Assembly: GCA_009781315.1 (NCBI GenBank) | Contig: WQYI01000002.1 | Span: 61,415-125,414 of the forward strand | From: Candidatus Endomicrobium embiratermitis | GTDB lineage: Bacteria; Elusimicrobiota; Endomicrobiia; Endomicrobiales; Endomicrobiaceae | Direction of reading: 5' to 3' | DNA length: 64,000 bases | In this document: positions 28,440 through 38,272 of the stretch, one piece after another | How positions within the stretch are numbered: the stretch's first letter is position 1 | Layout: every line of letters begins with the position of its first letter | Notes under the pieces: model-generated | Told to the model about the DNA's origin: nothing | The model's database searches: none | The model's input: the letters and a program-made list of their open reading frames with translations, nothing else | Made by a program: the position numbers and the translations under genes

Positions 28440-29027
28440 ATGAAACAAAGAAAATCAAAGATCAAAAGAACCACCAAAGAAACGGATGTTTCGGTAGAAT
28501 TAAATCTCGATAAAATTTCTAAGCCCGAAATTTCCACGACATCCGGATTTTTAGGCCATATGCTGGAGCTTTTTGCCGCTCACGCTGGAATTTTTTTAAA
28601 AGTAAAAGCCAAAGGCGATACTAATATTGACGAACATCATCTGGTTGAAGACATCGGAATAACAATCGGGCAGGCTTTAAAAACCGCGCTGGGCGACAAA
28701 AAAGGCATAGCCCGTTACGGCCATTTTCTGCTTCCCATGGACGAAGCGTTAAGTTATACGGCATTGGATTTGTCCGGCAGATTTTATTTGAGCTATGAAG
28801 CTTCAATCCGGTTTCAAAAAACGGGTTTTAATTATGATTTAATACAGGAATTTTTTTACGCTCTTGCAAGCAACGCAGGTATGACTTTGCATATAAAAAT
28901 GATTAAAGGGCGCAATAATCACCATATAGCCGAAGCTATTTTTAAATCTTTCGGACGCTCTTTAAAACAGGCGATTACTTTTACTAAAGGCAAAAAAGTA
29001 ATTCCTTCGACAAAAGGGATTTTATAA
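28440..29027 (+). CDS. hisB: Imidazoleglycerol-phosphate dehydratase
   Basis: 195 aa; Mn-binding HHxxE motifs (DEHHLVED; NNHHIAEA). Confidence 0.9.
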   Translation: MKQRKSKIKRTTKETDVSVELNLDKISKPEISTTSGFLGHMLELFAAHAGIFLKVKAKGDTNIDEHHLVEDIGITIGQALKTALGDKKGIARYGHFLLPMDEALSYTALDLSGRFYLSYEASIRFQKTGFNYDLIQEFFYALASNAGMTLHIKMIKGRNNHHIAEAIFKSFGRSLKQAITFTKGKKVIPSTKGIL

Positions 29028-29039
29028 CGGCAAAAAACA

Positions 29040-29675
29040 ATGTCTCAAAAAATAGCAATAATAGATTACGGTTTCGGTAATATTAAAAGCATTATAAACG
29101 CTTTAAAATTTTGCGGGTCGGAATATGAAGTTATAAATTCACCGGAAAAAATTTCAAATTTCGGCGGAGCTATACTTCCCGGTGTCGGGGCTTTTGGTCC
29201 TGCGTCGTATTTTTTAAGGGAATCCGGTTTTGATATTTCAATTCGCAATTACGTGAATTCAGGTAAAATGCTTTTCGGGATATGCCTGGGTTTTCAGCTT
29301 TTTTTCGCTAAAAGTTATGAAAACGGAACGCATGAAGGGCTTGGGCTGATAGAGGGCGAAGTCAAAAAGTTTGAATTTCCGGACAGCAGTTTAAAAGTAC
29401 CGCATATGGGCTGGAACAATGTCAGGATTACCGATACTTCTTATGCGAAAAAAATGTTTGCCGGGATAGTAAGCAGCGAAAATTTTTATTTCGTGCATTC
29501 TTATTATGCTTTACCCTCGGATAAAAGCAAGGCTTCGGGTTTCTGCGATTACGGCGTAGAGTTTTGTTCGTCCGCAGCTTTTGAAAACGTATGGGGAAGC
29601 CAGTTTCACCCCGAGAAAAGCGGCGACAAAGGGCTGAAAATAATTTCAAATTTTATAAACGAGGTAAATAAATGA
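29040..29675 (+). CDS. hisH: Imidazole glycerol phosphate synthase, glutamine amidotransferase subunit
   Basis: 211 aa; class I GATase (GICLGFQ; HSY..; QFHPE). Confidence 0.9.
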   Translation: MSQKIAIIDYGFGNIKSIINALKFCGSEYEVINSPEKISNFGGAILPGVGAFGPASYFLRESGFDISIRNYVNSGKMLFGICLGFQLFFAKSYENGTHEGLGLIEGEVKKFEFPDSSLKVPHMGWNNVRITDTSYAKKMFAGIVSSENFYFVHSYYALPSDKSKASGFCDYGVEFCSSAAFENVWGSQFHPEKSGDKGLKIISNFINEVNK

Positions 29676-30397
29676 TAGTAATTCCCGCGATTGATATAAG
29701 ACAAGGAAATTCCGTAAGGCTTAAACAGGGGAAAATTGACGCTGAAACCATTTATTCTACAGATCCTGTTTTTATCGCAAAACTTTGGAAAGCGAAAGGC
29801 GCGCAAAGAATTCACGTCGTGGATTTGGACGGGGCGTTCAGCGGCTTAAACAGCAATAAAGAAATTATAAAACAGATATGCGCTTCAATGGATATTCCCG
29901 TGGAAGTCGGCGGCGGAATAAGAACCATGGAAAGATTAAAAGAAGTGTTTGATATGGGCGCGTCTTATGCGATTTTGGGGACAGTAGCCGTATATAATCC
30001 GGAAATTGTCCGCAAAGCAGTCGATAAATACGGTCCGAAAAAAATCATAATCTCTATAGACGCGAAAGACGGAAAAGTTGCAATAGGCGGCTGGAAAGAC
30101 ATTACGCCTGTCGATATGTTTGAACTTATAGATAAATTGAAAGAAGCCGGCATAAAAGATATTTTGTACACGGATATTTCAAGAGACGGAATGTTAACAG
30201 GCCCCGATTTTAGCGGACTTAAGAAAATTTCAAAAACAGGAATGAGAATAATCGCTTCCGGCGGAATAAAAACCGTAGATGACATAGTAAAACTCAAAGG
30301 GCTTGAAAAAGACGGCGTTTTTGCCGCGATAGTCGGCAGCGCTTTATATACGGATGATTTCAAGCTTGAAGAAGCAATAAAAAAAGCAGAGGATTAG
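29672..30397 (+). CDS. hisA: ProFAR isomerase (1-(5-phosphoribosyl)-5-[(5-phosphoribosylamino)methylideneamino]imidazole-4-carboxamide isomerase)
   Basis: 241 aa; begins [17 protein letters not shown]; TIM barrel; 4-nt overlap with hisH. Confidence 0.9.
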   Translation: MIVIPAIDIRQGNSVRLKQGKIDAETIYSTDPVFIAKLWKAKGAQRIHVVDLDGAFSGLNSNKEIIKQICASMDIPVEVGGGIRTMERLKEVFDMGASYAILGTVAVYNPEIVRKAVDKYGPKKIIISIDAKDGKVAIGGWKDITPVDMFELIDKLKEAGIKDILYTDISRDGMLTGPDFSGLKKISKTGMRIIASGGIKTVDDIVKLKGLEKDGVFAAIVGSALYTDDFKLEEAIKKAED

Positions 30398-30493
30398 AGG
30401 CAAAGAGGCAGGGATGCAGAGTAACTGCTCTTGAAATAAAGGCAGTTTTTGTTGTCTTTGCTCCGCATCTTTGCATCCTCGCATCCATGCATC
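30398..30493. repeat. Composite palindromic element, family 4, copy 3 (between hisA and hisF)
   Basis: aggcaaagaggcagggatgcagag ... ctccgcatctttgcatcctcgcatccatgcatc. Confidence 0.7.
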
Positions 30494-30507
30494 AAAAAGG
30501 TATTCAT

Positions 30508-31260
30508 ATGTTAGGCGTAAGAGTTATTCCATGTTTGGACGTCAATAAAGGGCGCGTTGTAAAAGGCACGAATTTTGTAAATTTAAGAGACGCGGGCGAT
30601 CCTGTTGAAATTGCCGAAAGATACAATGCCGAGGGCGCAGACGAGCTTGTTTTTTTGGATATTACCGCAACCCACGAAGGCAGAGACACTACCGTCGATT
30701 TGGTAAGAAGAACCGCTGAGAAAGTGTTTATACCTCTTACGGTCGGCGGCGGAATAAGAACCCTGGACGATATAAGAAACCTTTTAAACGCGGGAGCCGA
30801 TAAAGTTTCTTTAAATTCGTCTGCTGTAAAAGACCCTGAAATCATAAAGCATGCAAGCGATAAATTCGGCATACAATGCATAGTCGCGGCAATAGACGCA
30901 AAGAAAATTGCCGAAAGAAAATGGAATGTTTTTATAAACGGCGGCAGAATAGATACCGGGCTTGACGCTGTTGAATGGGCGAAAAAAACCGCGGAACTCG
31001 GGGCAGGAGAAATTTTACTTACAAGCATGGACAAAGACGGAACAAAAGACGGATATGACAACGAACTTATAAAAGCAGTCTCGGATGCGGTTAAAATTCC
31101 TGTTATAGCTTCCGGCGGCGCGGGAAAGCTGGAACATTTTTACGAGGCCTGCAAAAGCGGTGCGTCGGCGGTCCTTGCAGCGTCTTTGTTTCATTATAAA
31201 GAAGTTACGATAAAAGAAGTTAAAAACTATTTAAAATCAAAAAATATATCTGTAAGGTAA
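30508..31260 (+). CDS. hisF: Imidazole glycerol phosphate synthase, cyclase subunit
   Basis: Begins [12 protein letters not shown] with AAAAAGG RBS. The ORF track start at 30487 extends into the repeat. Confidence 0.9.
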   Translation: MLGVRVIPCLDVNKGRVVKGTNFVNLRDAGDPVEIAERYNAEGADELVFLDITATHEGRDTTVDLVRRTAEKVFIPLTVGGGIRTLDDIRNLLNAGADKVSLNSSAVKDPEIIKHASDKFGIQCIVAAIDAKKIAERKWNVFINGGRIDTGLDAVEWAKKTAELGAGEILLTSMDKDGTKDGYDNELIKAVSDAVKIPVIASGGAGKLEHFYEACKSGASAVLAASLFHYKEVTIKEVKNYLKSKNISVR

Positions 31261-31282
31261 ATAAAGAAAAAAGGGGGACAAA

Positions 31283-32719
31283 ATGTACGGAAATGAAATG
31301 TCTGAGATGGTAATGTTTGTATTGGTGCTTGGCGGTATAGTAGCGTTTATTATTATGATCCTATTAATAAAGTGGATACTGAGTTTGAGAAGGGTTGTGC
31401 CGACAAATATGGTAGATATTGTTCAAAGGCGTTCGTCTACGGTTTCGTACGGAAAAAATTACGGCAACGGAAACACATATTATAAATTCCCGTCGTGGAT
31501 TCCTTTTATAGGCGTTACGACAATAAGCCTTCCTACTTCGGTTTTTGATGTCGATTTGAACAACTATGAAGCATATGACATGGAAAGGCTTCCGTTTGTA
31601 GTTGACGTCAAAGCTTTTTACAGAATTGAAGATTCTAATATGGCGGCAAACAGGATTTCAACATTTCCCGACCTTCTTACGCAGCTTACCGATATCACGC
31701 GCGGCGTTGTGAGAAGTTTGCTTGCGAAATCCAACCTTGAAAATATAATGTCCGAAAGAAGCACGTACGGAGCTCTTTTTACGAGTGAAGTTCAGGAGCA
31801 GCTTAAAGCATGGGGCGTGACTCCGGTAAAAAATATAGAGCTTATGGATATTCGAGATACGAAGGACGGAAAAGTTATTTCCGATATCATGAATAAGAAA
31901 AAATCCAAAATCGAGATGGAGTCAAGAACTGAAGTTGCCGAAAACATGAGAAAAGCCCAGGAAGCCGAAATCGAAGCCGGTAAAGAAGTCGCGCTGAAAA
32001 AAGAGCAGGCTGCTCAGGAAGTAGGTCAGAGAAAAGCGCAGGTTACCAGAGAAGTAGGCATAGCCGACGAAAAAGCGAAGCAGGAAGTTCAGGAACAGGC
32101 AAAAACAACGGCTGAAAAAATGATGGCTGTTGAAAAAGTCAATCAGGTTAAACTTGCGGAAATTAAGAAAGAAGCGAATATTGTTAAAGCGGAAGAAGAA
32201 AAGAGCGTTACGATTATTTCGTCTGAAGCGAATAAGGAATATTTGGCTATTAATGCCGCGGGCGTTAAAAAACAGCTTGAACTTGAAGCGGAAGGCAAGC
32301 TTTATTCGAAAGCGAAGGAGTCTGAAGGTATACACCTTGAAGGTACGGCAAGAGCCGACGCTGAAAAGAAGATGCAGCTTGCTTCCGTTGAAGCTCAGAT
32401 AACTTTAGCGGCGAAAATCGGAGAAAATAAGGGTTATCAGGAATATCTTATCAATATAAGATCGGTTGAAGCCCAGGAAAAAGTCGGCGTTGAACAGGCA
32501 AAGAATTTAGGAAGAGCCGATATTAAAGTTATCGCAAATGCGGGCGACGTAAATTCCGGAGTTAAATCTGCGATGGAGATGTTCTCTTCAAAAGGCGGAA
32601 CCGCAGTCGGCGGAATGCTTGAGGCTTTAAAAAATACTCCGACAGGTAAAGCTGTTTTAGAAAAGATAGCAGGAAAATCGCACCACCATAGTGAAGATAA
32701 GAAAGACGGAAACAAATAA
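31283..32719 (+). CDS. Flotillin / SPFH-domain membrane protein
   Basis: 478 aa; N-terminal TM helix, SPFH domain, long E/A/K-rich coiled coil, C-terminal HHH tail; inserted between hisF and hisI. Confidence 0.75.
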   Translation: MYGNEMSEMVMFVLVLGGIVAFIIMILLIKWILSLRRVVPTNMVDIVQRRSSTVSYGKNYGNGNTYYKFPSWIPFIGVTTISLPTSVFDVDLNNYEAYDMERLPFVVDVKAFYRIEDSNMAANRISTFPDLLTQLTDITRGVVRSLLAKSNLENIMSERSTYGALFTSEVQEQLKAWGVTPVKNIELMDIRDTKDGKVISDIMNKKKSKIEMESRTEVAENMRKAQEAEIEAGKEVALKKEQAAQEVGQRKAQVTREVGIADEKAKQEVQEQAKTTAEKMMAVEKVNQVKLAEIKKEANIVKAEEEKSVTIISSEANKEYLAINAAGVKKQLELEAEGKLYSKAKESEGIHLEGTARADAEKKMQLASVEAQITLAAKIGENKGYQEYLINIRSVEAQEKVGVEQAKNLGRADIKVIANAGDVNSGVKSAMEMFSSKGGTAVGGMLEALKNTPTGKAVLEKIAGKSHHHSEDKKDGNK

Positions 32720-32745
32720 ATTGTTTAAATCGGAGAATTTCAATA

Positions 32746-33141
32746 GTGGAAAAGATAATAAAAGTTTTAAAGTTCGATGACAAAGGATTAATTCCGGCCG
32801 TAGTGCAGGACTGGAAAGACAATGCCGTTTTAATGGTCGCGTATATGAATAAAGAGGCTGTTTTAAGAACCCTTAAAACAAAAAAAGCTACTTTCTGGAG
32901 CCGTTCAAGGCAGTCTTTTTGGGTAAAAGGCGAAAGTTCCGGAAATATCCAGAAAGTCAAAGAATTTTATTATGACTGCGACGGCGACTGCATACTTTTA
33001 AAAGTTAACCAAATCGGCGGAGCGGCGTGCCATACGGGGCATAGAAGCTGCTTTTTTACAAAAGTTACTTCGACCGGCAATACTAAAACCATTGGAAAGA
33101 AGTTGTTTGATCCGGAGAAAGTCTACAAAAAAGACAAGTAA
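32746..33141 (+). CDS. hisI: Phosphoribosyl-AMP cyclohydrolase
   Basis: 131 aa; CDGD and CHTG metal-binding motifs; HisI only, no HisE fusion. Confidence 0.88.
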   Translation: MEKIIKVLKFDDKGLIPAVVQDWKDNAVLMVAYMNKEAVLRTLKTKKATFWSRSRQSFWVKGESSGNIQKVKEFYYDCDGDCILLKVNQIGGAACHTGHRSCFFTKVTSTGNTKTIGKKLFDPEKVYKKDK

Positions 33142-33215
33142 CAATTTACAAATAACAATGAAAAACAATGTTTTTGTCGTTTTGTCGTTAATTGTAAATT
33201 ATTAATTGAAAATTG
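33139..33215. repeat. Composite palindromic element, family 1
   Basis: taacaatttacaaataacaatg ... cgttaattgtaaattattaattgaaaattgg; the 3' end supplies the GGAG RBS of trpF. Confidence 0.65.
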
Positions 33216-33223
33216 GAGTTATT

Positions 33224-33850
33224 GTGGCTAAAGTTAAAATATGCGGTCTTGCGAATTATAACGACGCTTTGGACGCAACAAATTTGGGCGCGGATTTTTT
33301 AGGGTTTCATTTTATAAAAGAATCTCCAAAAAAAGTTTCCGAAAAAATGGTTAGGGATATTGTCTCAAAACTTCCGCCTTTTGTAGTTCCCGTAGGTATT
33401 TTTAAAGACGAAGAGCAAAAAGTAATATCTAAAACCGTTAAAAAATGCTCGTTAAAAAACATTCAGTTTAACGGAAACGAGACTCCCGAGTTTTGCAAAG
33501 CGGCGCGCGAAGGGCTTGGCGTGAAAGTTTTTAAATTTTTTAAACTTGAAAACGACGAATCTCTTTTACCTCTTGAAAGCTACATAGGAAGCGTCGATTA
33601 TTTCGTCTTTGACGTTTCTTATGCGGACGGCGAAGCTGTAAAACAAAATTATGCTCTCGTAGCTAAAGCAGGAAATTTGAAAGTTCCTTTTTTTATTTCG
33701 GGACAAATTAAGCCTGAAGATATTCCTGAAACTCTTGAAATTGCCGTACCTTTCGGCATAGACGGTGATTCGGGAATAGAAAGGCTTCCGAAAAGAAAAG
33801 ATTATGACAAAATGAACGCTTTTATAAGATATAGTCACGGGCTTAAGTAA
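33224..33850 (+). CDS. trpF: Phosphoribosylanthranilate isomerase
   Basis: GTG start (MAKVKICGL) 6 nt after GGAG. The ORF track starts at a TTG inside the repeat. Confidence 0.8.
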   Translation: MAKVKICGLANYNDALDATNLGADFLGFHFIKESPKKVSEKMVRDIVSKLPPFVVPVGIFKDEEQKVISKTVKKCSLKNIQFNGNETPEFCKAAREGLGVKVFKFFKLENDESLLPLESYIGSVDYFVFDVSYADGEAVKQNYALVAKAGNLKVPFFISGQIKPEDIPETLEIAVPFGIDGDSGIERLPKRKDYDKMNAFIRYSHGLK

Positions 33851-33876
33851 AGGCAATTACGAATTATAAATTTCGG

Positions 33877-34851
33877 GTGGATGTATTAATGGATAACTTT
33901 AAAATAGCGAAAGAAACGATTGATATCGAAGTAAAAGCCCTTCAGCGCCAGATAAAACATCTTGACGCTAATTTTTCCAAAGCCGTTGATCTGATTAAGA
34001 ATTGCAGAGGGCGTATTTTGGTTATGGGGCTTGGAAAATCCGGGCTTATAGGGCGCAAAATATCTGCGACCATGTCTTCCGTAGGAATACCGTCGGCTTT
34101 TATTCATCCGTCGGAAAGTCTTCACGGTGATATCGGAATGGTTATGAAAGACGACGTAGTTATAATGCTTTCTTATTCCGGCGAAACCGAAGAAATTAAA
34201 AAAGTTCTTCCTGTTCTGCGTAAAATGAAAATAGAAGTCGTGGTTATGACCGGTAAACCGAAAGCGTTTGTATGGCGGGACTGCAAATGTATAATTGATT
34301 GCAGCGTTGAGAAAGAGGCGTGTCCTTATAATCTTGCGCCTACCGCTTCCACTACCGCAATGCTTGCAATGGGAGACGCTCTGTCTTTGACTGTTTCCAA
34401 TTTGAAAGGTTTTAAAAAAGAAAATCTGGCTTTGTTTCACCCGCTTGGAGCTATAGGCAAAAAGCTTACAATGCAGGTAAGCGATATTATGAGAAAAGGC
34501 AGCGCTAATCCGGTTGTAAAAGAAAATGCCTTTGTCGGGGACGCGCTTTTGGTAATGACCGGCACAAGAGTCGGCGCGACAAGCATTATAAATAAAAATG
34601 GAAAGATAACCGGCTTTTTTACCGACGGCGACTTAAGAAGACATTTGCAGAAAGACGGAAAAATTCTTAAAAAGAAAATTTCGGAAGTTATGACAAAATC
34701 TCCGCGCACGGTTACGCCCGATATGATGGCGGTTGACGCGGCGAGGATTTTAAAAAAATATAACATCGACAATATTCCGGTGGTAAGCAAAGACAATAAA
34801 CCTTTGGGAATTTTAGACCAGGGAGATTTGCTTGCCGAAGGAATTTCTTGA
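33877..34851 (+). CDS. kpsF: Arabinose-5-phosphate isomerase (KpsF/GutQ family; SIS plus tandem CBS domains)
   Basis: 324 aa; SIS motif VMGLGKSG; C-terminal CBS pair. Confidence 0.85.
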   Translation: MDVLMDNFKIAKETIDIEVKALQRQIKHLDANFSKAVDLIKNCRGRILVMGLGKSGLIGRKISATMSSVGIPSAFIHPSESLHGDIGMVMKDDVVIMLSYSGETEEIKKVLPVLRKMKIEVVVMTGKPKAFVWRDCKCIIDCSVEKEACPYNLAPTASTTAMLAMGDALSLTVSNLKGFKKENLALFHPLGAIGKKLTMQVSDIMRKGSANPVVKENAFVGDALLVMTGTRVGATSIINKNGKITGFFTDGDLRRHLQKDGKILKKKISEVMTKSPRTVTPDMMAVDAARILKKYNIDNIPVVSKDNKPLGILDQGDLLAEGIS

Positions 34852-34855
34852 AAAG

Positions 34856-34958
34856 CAATTAACAAATAACAATTTACAATTGACAAATGAAAACTGTCAA
34901 AAAAATTTAATTATTATTTATAATCTGTTAATTGTGCTTTGTTAATTATTAATTGTCT
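34856..34958. repeat. Composite palindromic element, family 1
   Basis: aattaacaaataacaatttacaattgacaaatg ... taatctgttaattgtgctttgttaattattaattg, followed by GGGGG. Confidence 0.7.
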
Positions 34959-34975
34959 TTATGGGGGAATTGAAA

Positions 34976-35782
34976 ATGGCGAGAAAACAGACAAAAGTGT
35001 CTGATAAAAAGGGTCTTCCCGCGGGAATATGGACTAAATGCAAAAAATGCGAGCAGTTATTTCTTCAGAAAGATTTTGAAGAAAATCTTATGGTATGTCT
35101 TAAATGCGGGTATTATGCGAGGCTTAACGCGCGCAAAAGAATAGAATTTATGACGGATGCGGGAAGTTTTAAAGAATCCGATAAAGACGTTAAACCGGTG
35201 GATTTTTTGGATTTTCCGGGATACGCCGATAAGATAAGCAAATCCGACTCATGCGACGCGATAGTGACGGGCGAAGCAAAAATCGGCGGACACGGCGTTA
35301 TGGTTGCCGTTATGGATTTTGATTTTATGGGCGGAAGCATGGGTTCGGTAGTCGGAGAGAAAATTGTCCGCGCCGTTGAAACGGCCATAGATAAAAAATT
35401 CCCGGTAATAATAGTTTCAGCGTCGGGCGGAGCCAGAATGCAGGAGGGAATAATTTCCCTTATGCAGATGGGTAAAACAAGCGCCGCGCTTGCAAGGCTT
35501 GCCGACAACGGCCTTGCCTATATTTCGGTTTTAACAGACCCGACAACCGGCGGAGTCGCGGCCAGTTACGCAATGCTTGGCGATGTAAATATTGCGGAGA
35601 CCAAAGCTTTAATCGGTTTTGCGGGTCCGAGAGTTATCGAACAGACAATAAGACAGCAGTTGCCGGAAGGATTTCAAATGTCGGAGTTTCTCGAAAAGCA
35701 CGGAATGGTTGATATAGTCGTAGAAAGAAAAGATTTGAAAAATACGCTTGCTAAAGTTTTGAAGTTTTTGTCTAAAAAGTGA
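34976..35782 (+). CDS. accD: Acetyl-CoA carboxylase carboxyltransferase beta subunit
   Basis: Begins MARKQTK...; zinc ribbon CxxC...CxxC; the GGGGG SD lies 11 nt upstream. Confidence 0.88.
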   Translation: MARKQTKVSDKKGLPAGIWTKCKKCEQLFLQKDFEENLMVCLKCGYYARLNARKRIEFMTDAGSFKESDKDVKPVDFLDFPGYADKISKSDSCDAIVTGEAKIGGHGVMVAVMDFDFMGGSMGSVVGEKIVRAVETAIDKKFPVIIVSASGGARMQEGIISLMQMGKTSAALARLADNGLAYISVLTDPTTGGVAASYAMLGDVNIAETKALIGFAGPRVIEQTIRQQLPEGFQMSEFLEKHGMVDIVVERKDLKNTLAKVLKFLSKK

Positions 35783-35784
35783 CG

Positions 35785-35915
35785 CGAAGTGTCATCCTGA
35801 ATCCCCGATTACGAATTTCGAGGATAAACTCCGTGAAGGATCCATGTTAAACTGTTATCTATTCTTCAATGCTTCGCATTTCAGAATGACAACAACGGCA
35901 ATGATTAGAGGTATT
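35785..35915. repeat. Long imperfect palindrome, GACGCGAAGTGTCATCC type
   Basis: tgacgcgaagtgtcatcctgaatc ... gcttcgcatttcagaatgacaac; the 5' end is related to 58258-58280. Confidence 0.6.
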
Positions 35916-35922
35916 AACGCTG

Positions 35923-37176
35923 ATGTTCTTTGAATCGTTAAAAGAATATGAAGGAATGAAGCCGGGTCTTTCAAGAATAAAAAAATTTCTTGATAGCGTC
36001 GGAAATCCTCAAAATAAATTTAATTGCGTTCATATAGCGGGAACAAACGGTAAAGGTTCCACTGCGGCTTTTATAGACGCTGTTTTAAAAGAAAACGGTT
36101 ATAAAACCGCTCTTTACACTTCTCCGCATTTGACGGATATTAACGAACGCATAAAAGTATGCGGAAAAAATATCCCGAAAAATAAATTTAACTACATAGC
36201 CCAAAAATATATAAAACATGCCATACAATGCGAACTTTCTTATTTTGAATATCTTACCGCTATAGCTTTTATATATTTTGCCGGGCAAAAAATCGATATT
36301 GCCGTAATAGAAACAGGACTTGGCGGCAGATTTGATGCCACTAATGTTATTGAAAAACCTTTGGGTTCGGTTATCACTTCCATATCTTTTGACCATAAGG
36401 AAATTTTAGGAAATACCATTGAAAAAATAGCGTCTGAAAAAGCGGGTATTATAAAAAAAGGAGCTTTTACCGTTTGTTCTAAAGTTCCCGCTGCGGCTTT
36501 GAGAGTAATACGCGGTAAAGCAAGAAATGTTCAGAGCCGGGTTTATATTTTAAATAAAGATTTCTTTATAAAGAACGCGACCGATAAAGAGTTTGACTAT
36601 CACGGCATTGAAAAAAATATACAAGATATAAAATTATCCCTTATAGGCAAACATCAGTTTAATAATGCCGCGACGGCTCTTTGCGTTATTGAACTTTTAA
36701 CAAAAAACGGCTATGCTTTTAGCGATGAAAAAATAAAAAAAGCCTTGATTTCCGCGGTTTGGAACGCAAGATTTGACGTAAGAAAAGTAAAATTTAACAA
36801 TAGAAAATTTGAACTTGTTATAGACGGCGCGCACAATGAAGAGGGAATAAACGCCTTTATCGAAACCTGGAATAACAGCGCATATTGTAAAAAGAAACGA
36901 AGTTTCATTTTTGCGGTGATGAAAGAAAAAAATTATAAGAAAATAGCGAAGAAAATAGCTTGTTTGGCGGACGAGGTAATTTTACCGGATTTAAAAACCG
37001 ACAGAGCCGTGCCGCAAAACGTTTTAAAAACGGAATTTTTAAAATATATGGAAGATGAGAGTAAAATTTATCGCGCGGGTTCCGTAAAAGAAGCCTTAAA
37101 TATTATAAAAAACAAGGGTAAAGCGGCGGCAGTAGGTTCTCTTTATCTTGCGGGCGAGATTTTAAAAAATATATAA
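35923..37176 (+). CDS. folC: Folylpolyglutamate synthase / dihydrofolate synthase
   Basis: 417 aa; Mur-ligase P-loop GTNGKGST. Confidence 0.88.
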   Translation: MFFESLKEYEGMKPGLSRIKKFLDSVGNPQNKFNCVHIAGTNGKGSTAAFIDAVLKENGYKTALYTSPHLTDINERIKVCGKNIPKNKFNYIAQKYIKHAIQCELSYFEYLTAIAFIYFAGQKIDIAVIETGLGGRFDATNVIEKPLGSVITSISFDHKEILGNTIEKIASEKAGIIKKGAFTVCSKVPAAALRVIRGKARNVQSRVYILNKDFFIKNATDKEFDYHGIEKNIQDIKLSLIGKHQFNNAATALCVIELLTKNGYAFSDEKIKKALISAVWNARFDVRKVKFNNRKFELVIDGAHNEEGINAFIETWNNSAYCKKKRSFIFAVMKEKNYKKIAKKIACLADEVILPDLKTDRAVPQNVLKTEFLKYMEDESKIYRAGSVKEALNIIKNKGKAAAVGSLYLAGEILKNI

Positions 37177-37185
37177 TTCAAACAA

Positions 37186-37308
37186 CAAAGTTGAAAGTGA
37201 AGAGAGAAAAGAGGAAATGTCGTATTTCGGCAAATCCGAAATTAATTTTAGGTTTTCGCTTTGCGAAAACACAATAATTTCACTTTTAACTTTACACTTT
37301 TCACTTTT
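37186..37308. repeat. Composite palindromic element, family 2 (AAAGTGAAAAGTG)
   Basis: Arms caaagttgaaagtgaagagag / ttcacttttaactttacacttttcacttttc; core hairpins tttcggcaaatccgaaa and ttttcgctttgcgaaaac. Confidence 0.75.
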
Positions 37309-37324
37309 CTTTTGAGGTATTAAA

Positions 37325-38272
37325 ATGTCAAAACAGCAATTTTATCTCGGAATAGACATGGGCGGAACTCATATTAAAATCGCTATAGTTGATTCTTCAT
37401 GTAACATTGTCGAAGAAACCGTTCTTGACACGGACATAAAAGCCACTCCTATAGACGTTATCAAATCCATAATTTCAAAAGCTTCGGAGATGAAAAATTA
37501 TTCAAAAGTAAAAAGCATAGGCATAGGCATGGCCGGCGATATAAACTGTTTTGACGGAAGCGTGCGTTTTTCTCCGAATCTTCCGAAGTGGAAAAATATC
37601 GCGTTGAAAAAAATTATAGAAAATCTTACAAAGAAGAAAACTATTGTGGATAATGACGCCAATACCGCTTCCATAGGGGCGTTTTGGCTTGACGCTAAAG
37701 GTAAAGCCGAAAATCTTGTATGCGTTACTTTGGGGACTGGTGTCGGAGGGGGATTTATTCTTGATAAAAAACTTTACAGAGGGTCGTCTTGTAGCGCCGG
37801 AGAAATAGGGCATATTACCATTGATCCTTGCGGAGACGTCTGCAAATGCGGCAACAGAGGCTGTGTAGAAACATTTATAGGCGCGAAATATATTTCAAAA
37901 TATGCCGCGCGGTATTTAAAGAAAAATAAATCCGAATTAATAAATAAACTTACAAACGGCGATTATTCCAAGGTTACTCCGAGAATTTTGTATTTGGCTG
38001 CCAAAAAAGGCGATAAGGCGGCAATATCAATCTGGAAATATGTCGGGGAAAAACTCGGAATACTGTTTGCCGGCATACTTAATTTTATAAATCCGGATGT
38101 CATTGTTTTGTGCGGCGGCGTAAGCCACGCAGGAAAATATCTTATAGACCCCGCAAGACGCGAAATGAAATCCAGGGCATTCGCTTCGGCGGTGAAAAAT
38201 TGCAGCATTGTAGTTTCAAAATATACAAACAAACTCGGAGTGGTCGGCGCCGCTATGCTTCCGAAACAGTAA
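37325..38272 (+). CDS. glk: ROK-family glucokinase
   Basis: 315 aa; DxGGT ATPase motif; ROK Cys cluster CGxxGC. Confidence 0.8.
   Translation: MSKQQFYLGIDMGGTHIKIAIVDSSCNIVEETVLDTDIKATPIDVIKSIISKASEMKNYSKVKSIGIGMAGDINCFDGSVRFSPNLPKWKNIALKKIIENLTKKKTIVDNDANTASIGAFWLDAKGKAENLVCVTLGTGVGGGFILDKKLYRGSSCSAGEIGHITIDPCGDVCKCGNRGCVETFIGAKYISKYAARYLKKNKSELINKLTNGDYSKVTPRILYLAAKKGDKAAISIWKYVGEKLGILFAGILNFINPDVIVLCGGVSHAGKYLIDPARREMKSRAFASAVKNCSIVVSKYTNKLGVVGAAMLPKQ

Noticed and set aside
30504-31061. 185-aa minus-strand ORF
   Set aside because: It is antisense to hisF and is spurious.
38110-38271. The 5' 162 nt of the ORF-track lptD call
   Set aside because: It overlaps the 3' end of glk in another frame. 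The real start is the ATG at 38272, with a signal peptide and TAATG coupling.
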